In this document: piece by piece, positions 5,202-11,808 of the stretch | Layout of the letters: every line of letters begins with the position of its first letter | How positions within the stretch are numbered: the stretch's first letter is position 1 | Virus record (IMG/VR): IMGVR_UViG_3300033417_000017 | Coordinates: 1 to 44,409 of that record | From: a virus | Length of the DNA stretch: 44,409 bases | Reading direction: 5' to 3' (one strand) | Translations under genes and position numbers: made by a program | The notes under the pieces: generated by a model | The model's input: only the letters and a program-made list of their open reading frames with translations | What the model was told of the DNA's origin: nothing | Database searches by the model: none

Positions 5202-5819
5202 TCAGTCTGTGAACTGAATGAACTTCTTCACGTTCGCGCTCCAATTGAAGTCCAGCGCCTTCACGTTGCCGTTGGGGTGCCGGTAATGGCGCTCGCGGTC
5301 CGCCAACGTGGCGGCGCTGGCCTTGGCCGTGCTGGTATGCGCCAGCACCTGCTGGACCATGTAATAGGTCCACGTTCCCTCGCGCAGCCCAAGGTCTCCG
5401 AACTTGACCAGCGCCTTGTATGGCCGGTCAGGATTCGCCACCTTGGCCTTGGCCTGCGCGCGCGCCGCCTTCTTTGCGGCTGCGGGCTTGGCCTTGGCAT
5501 TGGCGTCCGCAATGGCCTTGCTGGCATTGGGCGCATCACGTCCGGTGATACCCCTGGCCAGCTTGGGCCGCGCGGCTGGCTTGGCCAGTTCCTTTTCCAA
5601 GGCGGCAAAGCTTGCGCCGATAACGCTGGCCTTGCGGACGCCGTTGACCCAGCGATCCGTGGAAAATGTAACGGCCTTGCCGCCAGCGCTGGCAACGTAA
5701 TGGCTTGCGCCATTGCTGGTTGCCTTGCTGGTGACAATCTTGTCCAGATCGGTAGCGCGCATGGCGGCGTCCAGCTGCCTGACGATAGGATGCTTGGCGG
5801 CTTTCGTGGTCTTGCTCAT
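5202..5819 (-). CDS. AK-rich (histone H1 / AlgP-like linker) protein, paralog of 32362..32970
   Basis: ATG at 5819 with GGAG 8 nt upstream. Contains ANAKAKPAAAKKAARAQAKAKVANP, then a C-terminal domain DRPYKALVKFGDLGLREGTWTYYMVQQVLAHTSTAKASAATLA... that aligns by eye with the C-terminus of the 32362..32970 product. Confidence 0.8.
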   Translation of the reverse strand: MSKTTKAAKHPIVRQLDAAMRATDLDKIVTSKATSNGASHYVASAGGKAVTFSTDRWVNGVRKASVIGASFAALEKELAKPAARPKLARGITGRDAPNASKAIADANAKAKPAAAKKAARAQAKAKVANPDRPYKALVKFGDLGLREGTWTYYMVQQVLAHTSTAKASAATLADRERHYRHPNGNVKALDFNWSANVKKFIQFTD

Positions 5820-5874
5820 GTTAGTCACTCCATTAACGCAGCAATTGCGCTGCTATGGCTCCTGTCGTACTCTG

Positions 5875-6153
5875 TTATTCGGCCAGTAGGTGGCTGGCGC
5901 GCGCCATAAGCGCATCGTAGTCGTTACGGATGGCAAGCGGCACGGGGCAGCGTTCGTCGCCCGGTTCGCTTATGCCAAGGTGGCTACCGATCGCGTATTG
6001 CAGCGCTTCGTCGGCGGCCGACCAATGCGCTTCGGCCCTTAGGGCTTCGGCGGGGCAGTCGGCGCGCAACGCAGCTTGCAGCCACGCGGCGGTTGCGGGG
6101 CAGTCAGCGCCAGTAAGCGCCGTAGCGAATTCGTTGTAAAGGTTGTTTGTCAC
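5875..6153 (-). CDS. Hypothetical protein (92 aa)
   Basis: GTG start with AGGAG 7 nt upstream; ORF from the track; flanked by 18-bp inverted repeats. Confidence 0.65.
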   Translation of the reverse strand: MTNNLYNEFATALTGADCPATAAWLQAALRADCPAEALRAEAHWSAADEALQYAIGSHLGISEPGDERCPVPLAIRNDYDALMARASHLLAE

Positions 6154-6380
6154 GGTGTAACTCCTGTCCTAGTAAGGCGCGCCAAGCTGGCAGGCCAATG
6201 TAGGACAGGAGCCATGGCAGCGGCGGGCACAAAGCCCGCGCGCCGTAAATGGTAGTGACCCACCATGCGCTGTCGCACATGGGCGCTGGCTATTGCCAGC
6301 ACTTGCGCCAGTTTAACTTGGCGACGCCTTAAGCCCAGCGCTACAGGGGTCCACTGCCCAGCGCCATGCCCGTATTCCAA
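6150..6380 (-). CDS. Doubtful basic ORF (76 aa, TTG start)
   Basis: Its only support is a GTGA stop/start overlap with the next gene and the fact that it reads through the SD-sequestering hairpin. The composition is R-rich and there is no clear SD. Confidence 0.3.
   Translation of the reverse strand: MEYGHGAGQWTPVALGLRRRQVKLAQVLAIASAHVRQRMVGHYHLRRAGFVPAAAMAPVLHWPASLARLTRTGVTP
6161..6211 (-). promoter_or_regulatory. SD-sequestering hairpin upstream of gene 5875..6153
   Basis: CTCCTGTCCTA (6161-6171) and TAGGACAGGAG (6201-6211) are perfect reverse complements with a 29-nt loop. On the minus-strand RNA the 3' arm contains the AGGAG SD of the GTG at 6153. Confidence 0.6.
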
Positions 6381-6613
6381 CCGCTACTGGCACTTAGCCG
6401 TTCCTAGCGGGCAGCGCCTACCTTCTCTAAATAACCGCGCCACCTTGGCGCACTGCCTGTATAGCGCAGAAATCTTTAACAAACAGTTAAGAATTCCAAA
6501 CTTTATTTCGTGTGCCACAATGGGGCGAAAATGCGAAAACGACTCCGCGGCAGGGCAGGTACCACTTGGCGCATTTCGCTTCCCACGGGGCTTAAAATCG
6601 GCCTGCGTCGGCT

Positions 6614-7078
6614 TCAGGTATTTTGGGCTGCCAGCAGCGCGGCCAGTTCTTTGTCGGTTACGTTGCGCGCGGCTATGCTTACCGTGCCGTTAAGAGTCTC
6701 GGCCAGTGTATGCCACCCGCCCCGGCTAAAGTTCACCGCAAGGCTGGCAGCGGTAGGCACGAATTTATTACCATATTCCATAACAGCCTTGGTTAATTCC
6801 ACATGCGCGGCTTTGGCCCCAAGGCAGTACGTTACGCCACCCGGTTCAATTTCAATTGCGTAGTATCTGGCTGGCCTGCCGCCGCGTCCGGTTTCTGCGC
6901 GGCTGCGGTTTGCGGCGCTTACGGCGGCGCGCTGGGCCGCGCCAGCCATTAGTTCCGCGTTAACTTCTTCTGCTAACTGCGTCTCTTTATGGCTACGTAA
7001 CGCAGTTTCTACACACATAAATAGTAACACTTGGCTTGCGGATAACATGTGTATTCTCCTAAGTGTTTGTAAACCCAC
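6614..7078 (-). CDS. First leftward gene; hypothetical protein (start 7078 or 7048)
   Basis: 154-aa track ORF directly flanking the divergent control region. Contains RGGRPARYYAIEIEPGGVTYCLGAKAAHVELTKAVMEYGNKF; no motif recognised. Confidence 0.7.
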   Translation of the reverse strand: MGLQTLRRIHMLSASQVLLFMCVETALRSHKETQLAEEVNAELMAGAAQRAAVSAANRSRAETGRGGRPARYYAIEIEPGGVTYCLGAKAAHVELTKAVMEYGNKFVPTAASLAVNFSRGGWHTLAETLNGTVSIAARNVTDKELAALLAAQNT

Positions 7079-7438
7079 AATTATACAGATGTACAGTTGC
7101 GCGGCCTATAACCCCCCTAACCTAATTTGTAACCAAAGACCATAACCATTTATTAATCCTACTTAAATATACTTACAAACTTTTAATTCCCCCTTAGGGT
7201 AGTATATTAAGTGTTATGTGTACAGTCTTACCTGTTTTGGCCAATGTTTACAGCGCATTAGACGAATTAACAGATGGGCGGCTTTATGCACATATCTGTT
7301 TAATTGTTTATTTACAATGGGTTGCCCGTTGCGTGGCTGCTCCGATGCTGCGTGTGTTGTCAGCGGCTGGCCGGGCTGCTAGGGCTACGGCCTCGGAGCA
7401 CCGGAGCAGCCAAGACTTAAAGAACAGATAAAGACCAC

Positions 7439-7642
7439 GGTTAAGAGACGAAGTTACGAAGTCTTTAACGACCGTGGTTACGAAGTCGCTAAGAGACGTG
7501 GTTGCTACGACGCTACGATATCTGGTTAAGAGATCATTAATGCTCGTGGTTACGGAGATGCTAAGAGACTTCGTTACTACGACACTAAGATACTTGGTAA
7601 AGATTTCGCTAAGGAGCTTCGTTGGTGAGTGTGGTTAATTTC
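7439..7642. repeat. Array of ~8 degenerate 24-nt units, each two 12-mers (TGGTTACGAAGT + CGCTAAGAGACG type)
   Basis: Phasing the sequence from 7439 in 12-nt steps gives ggTTAAGAGAcg, aaGTTACGAAgt, ctTTAACGACcg, tgGTTACGAAgt, cgCTAAGAGAcg, tgGTTGCTACga, cgCTACGATAtc, tgGTTAAGAGat, caTTAATGCTcg, tgGTTACGGAga, tgCTAAGAGAct, tcGTTACTACga, caCTAAGATAct, tgGTAAAGATtt, cgCTAAGGAGct, tcGTTGGTGAgt. Confidence 0.85.
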
Positions 7643-7743
7643 TTTGCGACTTCTGTTAACCACGTTGCTTGGGGGCGGGGGTAGGTTGCGGCTCGGGGGT
7701 GTGTGCGCCTTGATGAAGCTACCCCGGAGCAACGGAGCGACTG

Positions 7744-7800
7744 AGTAATCATAAAGACCAAGAATTCAAGAAGCTAAGTAATACTAAAGACCAAGAATTC
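7744..7800. repeat. Two 24-nt direct repeats, 33-nt period (AGTAATCATAAAGACCAAGAATTC / AGTAATACTAAAGACCAAGAATTC)
   Basis: 7744-7767 and 7777-7800, 22/24 identical, each ending in GAATTC. A related ATAAAGACCA occurs at 7428-7437. Confidence 0.9.
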
Positions 7801-7836
7801 GAGGAACCATTCAAACTGAAAGACAAGGACAGTCAT

Positions 7837-7947
7837 ATGTTCAAGAATTTCATACGCAGGTTCGAGAATGAAGTAGTGATCCACCCAAGCCTAAGCGTCG
7901 CAGTCGGCTTTGTAGTCGGCGCTATTATAGGAGCTATGGTCTTCTAA
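7837..7947 (+). CDS. Small membrane protein (36 aa)
   Basis: MFKNFIRRFENEVVIHPSLSVAVGFVVGAIIGAMVF with a C-terminal TM helix; TAATG stop/start overlap with the next gene; below the track cut-off. Confidence 0.4.
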   Translation: MFKNFIRRFENEVVIHPSLSVAVGFVVGAIIGAMVF

Positions 7948-8492
7948 TGCCCCGCCAAAGGAGAAAATTCCTCACGAAGGAGCGGGAGCAGGCCCATGAG
8001 CGCGCTCTGGCCAAGCGCCGCGCCGCGCACCGCGATGCAGCCACTCTGCGCATGGCCAAAAAGGCCGCCGAACAGGGGGCGGAGGGCGAAGCGGACTTTG
8101 AAATGCTGGTAGAAGCCGAGAAGCAGCGCATCGAAACAAAGAAGCAGACAGACAAGCGCAAAGGCGGACAGGCCAGCCCCAAAGTAATCGTCGCAGCGAG
8201 AGACAGTCTTTCGCGCGCGTTCGACCTTATGGGCGGCGTGGCCGCGCTGGTCGTGTGGGGACGCGCGAACCCCACTGAGTTCTATCGTATCTGGGCGAGG
8301 TTGATCCCAAGAGAGGCGGCGGACTCTTCAGCGGCCCTGCCGTTGGAAACCTTGCTGGAGAAGCTCGCCACCCGCGAAGCGATGTCCGTTGGACAGGCCG
8401 CCATGGCGATTGGCCAAGAGCTGATCGATGAAGGGCGACGTAACGCAGAGATCGAAGACATTGCGTCTTTGCGCCCAGAGAAGATTAACTGA
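7947..8492 (+). CDS. Basic hypothetical protein (possible terminase small subunit / DNA-binding)
   Basis: 181 aa with a K/R/E-rich N-terminus (MPRQRRKFLTKEREQAHERALAKRRAAHR...). It is the first sizeable gene of the packaging/structural arm. Function is assigned by position only. Confidence 0.6.
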   Translation: MPRQRRKFLTKEREQAHERALAKRRAAHRDAATLRMAKKAAEQGAEGEADFEMLVEAEKQRIETKKQTDKRKGGQASPKVIVAARDSLSRAFDLMGGVAALVVWGRANPTEFYRIWARLIPREAADSSAALPLETLLEKLATREAMSVGQAAMAIGQELIDEGRRNAEIEDIASLRPEKIN

Positions 8493-8552
8493 TGCCACAG
8501 AATTTCGATCCTGTGAGCCTTTTCAAAATGCTGCGCGGCGCAGCAAAATGCC

Positions 8553-8825
8553 ATGCCCGCTGGAGAATTGGCGCGGCTGAACGGCAACTGGCGCGGCACG
8601 GTCTCGGTCAAGGGCGATGAGTGCCGGTTCAAGTTTGACGATGGCTCGGTGCTGACGGAAACGGACGGCAAATACCTGGCGCAGGCGGCGAACGACCTTG
8701 CCGGGATGACGCTTGAGGGTGTCGCTACAATCGACCCCAGCTGCAACGGGACGATCTACAAATGGCGGACGCAGGGCCACACGGTCGATCCGTTTGAAGA
8801 TACGATGGAATTGGTTCCAGCATAA
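8553..8825 (+). CDS. Hypothetical protein (90 aa)
   Basis: Track ORF with coherent sequence. Confidence 0.6.
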   Translation: MPAGELARLNGNWRGTVSVKGDECRFKFDDGSVLTETDGKYLAQAANDLAGMTLEGVATIDPSCNGTIYKWRTQGHTVDPFEDTMELVPA

Positions 8826-8837
8826 GGAGAAACGACG

Positions 8838-8984
8838 ATGGATAAAGAGTATGAATTAAAGCGATGCGCTGATGCGCTTGAGAGAATTGCGGAGTTGCTT
8901 GAGTCTGTTCTTAAGTCATACGACATCGAAACCAAGAGCGGTGGCACCGGCGATCCTCCGCCGCCGCCTCCTCCGCATCGCTAA
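8838..8984 (+). CDS. Small hypothetical protein with a poly-Pro C-terminus (48 aa)
   Basis: AAGGAG 8 nt upstream; MDKEYELKRCADALERIAELLESVLKSYDIETKSGGTGDPPPPPPPHR; TAATG overlap with the next gene. Confidence 0.5.
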   Translation: MDKEYELKRCADALERIAELLESVLKSYDIETKSGGTGDPPPPPPPHR

Positions 8985-9487
8985 TGTCTTTTACAGACTG
9001 GCCTTTCTACCTCGCGTCCATGTTGCTGGTCTTTGGGCTGGCAGCATGGACCGCGTGGAAGTATGAAGAAGAACGCGGAACGCTAGTATGGGTTATCTTC
9101 GCCATTGGGTTTAATTGGTGCGCGGGGCGCGCCTTTGTCTTAATGACTGAAGACTCGGCACCTTGGCAGTTCAACATATTCATCGACAGCATGGCCGCTT
9201 TTGCAATTCTATGGCCCCCGTCTTCCCGCTGGCAAAGTATAATTGCATGTTTCTACTTCGCACAATTAGCTTTTCACGCGGTTTATGGTAGCGAAAAGCT
9301 ATTAAATCTTTCAATAGGAGAAGTGCTTTACTATAAGACAATAACATGGATCGCGCTGGCACAACTAATCGCAGTAGGAGTGTGGTGCGGTGGAAGATGG
9401 CTTCGAAATCATGTGCATCACTTTCGCTATTTTGGCTATGCGCTGGATCGCGTTACGGGTGCTGCAAATATGGATGAGCAGACGTGA
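8984..9487 (+). CDS. Polytopic membrane protein (~5 TM)
   Basis: 167 aa with hydrophobic segments YLASMLLVFGLAAWTAW, LVWVIFAIGFNWCAGRAFVL, IFIDSMAAFAILW, IIACFYFAQLAFHAVY and ITWIALAQLIAVGVWCGG. Confidence 0.75.
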   Translation: MSFTDWPFYLASMLLVFGLAAWTAWKYEEERGTLVWVIFAIGFNWCAGRAFVLMTEDSAPWQFNIFIDSMAAFAILWPPSSRWQSIIACFYFAQLAFHAVYGSEKLLNLSIGEVLYYKTITWIALAQLIAVGVWCGGRWLRNHVHHFRYFGYALDRVTGAANMDEQT

Positions 9488-9708
9488 CCGCTCCCGTCCA
9501 GATAAAGATTAACTGGCGGATAGTTGGGCCATTTATGGCTCTATTTGGGGTAGGTAGTTCTATTGCCGCTGGTTGGATTAACTTTGAAATGCGCGTGAAT
9601 AGCATAGAAGTTAATTCCTTGAATGAAAAAGAATGGCGGGCCGATATGAAGAAGCAGCTAGATCGCGTAGAAGGTAAACTAGACGCTGGTATATTGGAAG
9701 CGAAATGA
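9484..9708 (+). CDS. Single-TM membrane protein (74 aa; holin/antiholin candidate)
   Basis: GTGA overlap start; TM segment WRIVGPFMALFGVGSSIAAGWINF followed by a charged tail. Confidence 0.6.
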   Translation: MTAPVQIKINWRIVGPFMALFGVGSSIAAGWINFEMRVNSIEVNSLNEKEWRADMKKQLDRVEGKLDAGILEAK

Positions 9709-10073
9709 CTGACGACTACGATCCGCAAGATCCGCTGCCCGAGAGTAACTGGCTCTGGCGACGGGTGTTTATCTACTCCACTATGGTGGTGTTGTTGGTG
9801 GGGCTGGGTTGGATTGTGTGGGGGATGACCGACGCGCTGCTTGAGATCGTCAAGGGTGATGCCGACGCCACTGCTACGGTCAATGCCCTGCGCGACGTGG
9901 CATATTACGCAATAGGCTTTGCCGCGTGGTTGGCGACGATCTACACCATCGCCCCTTCGGGTGAGCAGGTGGCTAAGATGGTACAAGCGGTGAAGCTTAG
10001 CATTGGCGCACCCGCAGACGCTTCGCCAGTTTCTCGCCATAAGTTAAGCGAAGAAGAGATTGAAGACAAATGA
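9705..10073 (+). CDS. Two-TM membrane protein (122 aa; holin candidate)
   Basis: ATGA overlap start; TM segments VFIYSTMVVLLVGLGWIVWGM and VAYYAIGFAAWLATIYTIA; acidic C-terminus. Confidence 0.65.
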   Translation: MTDDYDPQDPLPESNWLWRRVFIYSTMVVLLVGLGWIVWGMTDALLEIVKGDADATATVNALRDVAYYAIGFAAWLATIYTIAPSGEQVAKMVQAVKLSIGAPADASPVSRHKLSEEEIEDK

Positions 10074-11647
10074 CTGAAGAAGAACAAATCGAACTTCTGC
10101 AGAAGCTTAAGGCGGACTTTCCGTTCTATTCTTCGCGATGTCTGAAGATTAAGACAAAAGATGGTGCGGTTCTGCCGCTGGCGTTGAACAGGGCGCAGCA
10201 GTACGCGCACGACCTGCTTGAAGAGCAACGCGCCAAGACCGGCATGGTGCGCGCGCTGATCCTAAAGGCGCGGCAGCAGGGCTTCTCCACATACGTCGGG
10301 GCGCGGTTTTACCAAAGAGCCAGTCTGAACTACGGCGTGAGCGTGTTCATTCTAACCCACGAGCAGGCAGCTACGGATAATCTGTTCAATATGGTGGCTC
10401 GCTACCACGAGAATAATCCACTAAAGCCTCATACGGGCGCGGCGAACGCCAAAGAGCTTCTATTCGATAGACTCGACAGCGGTTACAGCGTCGCCACGGC
10501 AGGCCAGAAGGCGGTCGGAAGATCCAAAACCGTACAGCTCTTCCATGGATCGGAAGTAGCCTTCTGGCCGAACGCGGCGGACCACTTTGCGGGCGTTGGG
10601 CAGGCGATACCTGAGCTCCCGGGAACCGAAGTGATCTTAGAGTCTACTGGAAATGGTCTGTCGGGGGAGTTCTACGAGCGCTGGCAGCAGGCGGAAGCGG
10701 GTGTGGGTGACTATATTCCCATCTTCAGCCCGTGGTTCTGGGAACCGGGGTATTGCCGAAAAGTGCCCGACAACTTCAAGCTGCGCCAAGACAAAGTGGG
10801 TGACGAAGCTATCTCAGAGGCACAATATGCGGAGCTCCACGGCCTTTCCATGGGCCAGATGGTGTGGCGGCGAGGGAAGATAGCCGCGCTAGGCGAAACT
10901 CTCTTTATGCAGGAATACCCCGCGACGCCGGATGAAGCGTTTCAGGCTCCCGGCCACGACTCCTATATCAAGAGCGGCATCGTGCTTAAGGCGCGTAAGT
11001 TCGTGGTAGATAACCCCGTCGGTTCTTTGGTTATCGGCGTCGATCCTTCTCGCTTTGGTGACGACCTATTCGCTATTGTGTGGCGCAGAGGTCGTAAGAT
11101 TCTTAAGAAAGAAACCATTGCGAAGATTGACGTGGTTAGCGGAGCAAACCGCATAAAGCAGATAATTGACGCCGATGATCCGGCGCGGGTGTTCATCGAC
11201 GCGGGTGGCGTAGGCGCGGGTGTTTACGATTTACTGTGTTCATTCGGCGAAAAATATGATCGTGTCTGTGTCGGAGTCAACTTTGGTGGGGAGCCGCACG
11301 AACCCGTGGTCACTTTGGATGATGGTTCGGAGTGCCCCGGCCCTAAGAATCGTCGCGCTGAAATGTGGATGCGATCCAAGCTTTGGCTAGAGGATCCCCT
11401 TGGCGTGGATATACCGGACGAGAGTATATTCCAAAGCGACGCAGTGGGGCCAGCGTTCAAGTACGACTCTAGCCAGCGGCTTATTCTCGAGTCCAAGGAA
11501 TCCATGCGTAAGCGCGGTGTGCGGTCCCCCGACGTATGGGACGCCGTGGCCTTAACGTTCGCAGAGCCGGTGTACGAGAAGAAAGTACAGATAGTGTCCA
11601 CGCTTAAGGCGAATAGATCAGTTCCAACTGGATGGATGGGGTTATGA
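10070..11647 (+). CDS. terL: Terminase large subunit
   Basis: 525 aa. ATPase-like LILKARQQGFSTY (deviant Walker A) and VFILTHE. C-terminal RNase H-like nuclease acidic motifs VIGVDPSRFGDD, VFIDAGGVGAGVYD and DVWDAVAL. Located before the portal gene. Confidence 0.9.
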   Translation: MTEEEQIELLQKLKADFPFYSSRCLKIKTKDGAVLPLALNRAQQYAHDLLEEQRAKTGMVRALILKARQQGFSTYVGARFYQRASLNYGVSVFILTHEQAATDNLFNMVARYHENNPLKPHTGAANAKELLFDRLDSGYSVATAGQKAVGRSKTVQLFHGSEVAFWPNAADHFAGVGQAIPELPGTEVILESTGNGLSGEFYERWQQAEAGVGDYIPIFSPWFWEPGYCRKVPDNFKLRQDKVGDEAISEAQYAELHGLSMGQMVWRRGKIAALGETLFMQEYPATPDEAFQAPGHDSYIKSGIVLKARKFVVDNPVGSLVIGVDPSRFGDDLFAIVWRRGRKILKKETIAKIDVVSGANRIKQIIDADDPARVFIDAGGVGAGVYDLLCSFGEKYDRVCVGVNFGGEPHEPVVTLDDGSECPGPKNRRAEMWMRSKLWLEDPLGVDIPDESIFQSDAVGPAFKYDSSQRLILESKESMRKRGVRSPDVWDAVALTFAEPVYEKKVQIVSTLKANRSVPTGWMGL

Positions 11648-11808
11648 GCAGGGTCTTTGGAAGTCGCGCTGAGAAGCTGCAACAGTTGCTAAAGGCTCGT
11701 ACGCGCAACGACGGCACCGCGCGGCTGGGCTACGAGCAAAACGTGGCGGCTATCCGCGCCGAACTTACTTTAATTCAAGAGAGGATTGCCCGTGCCACCG
11801 AGCAGTGA
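11644..11808 (+). CDS. Small hypothetical protein (54 aa)
   Basis: ATGA overlap with the terL stop; MSRVFGSRAEKLQQLLKARTRNDGTARLGYEQNVAAIRAELTLIQERIARATEQ; overlaps the annotated portal start. Confidence 0.4.
   Translation: MSRVFGSRAEKLQQLLKARTRNDGTARLGYEQNVAAIRAELTLIQERIARATEQ

Noticed and set aside
7216-7431. 71-aa plus-strand ORF in the AT-rich part of the control region
   Set aside because: It has no SD, its composition is atypical (Cys/Leu/Arg-rich) and it lies in the presumed promoter/origin region, so it is probably spurious.
7432-7642. Open plus-strand frame through the 24-nt repeat array (…VTKSLRDVVATTLRYLVKRSLMLVVTEMLRDFVTTTLRYLVKISLRSFVGECG)
   Set aside because: There is no ATG with an SD; the only starts are weak GTG codons giving 54 aa or fewer. 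Differences between repeat units fall on first and second codon positions (K/E, S/M, V/F) rather than being synonymous. Open frames are expected by chance in a short-period repeat, so I treat this as non-coding DNA repeats.
7744-7800. CRISPR-like appearance of the 24-nt repeats
   Set aside because: There are only two copies with a 9-nt spacer and no cas genes, so this is not a CRISPR array.
8492-8620. 42-codon ORF starting at the ATG overlapping the 7947..8492 stop (MPQNFDPVSLFKMLRGAAK...), as a possible +1 frameshift partner of 8553..8825
   Set aside because: The N-terminal 19 residues look plausible, but the remainder is junk. I found no slippery motif and had no comparative support, so I kept the simple annotation.
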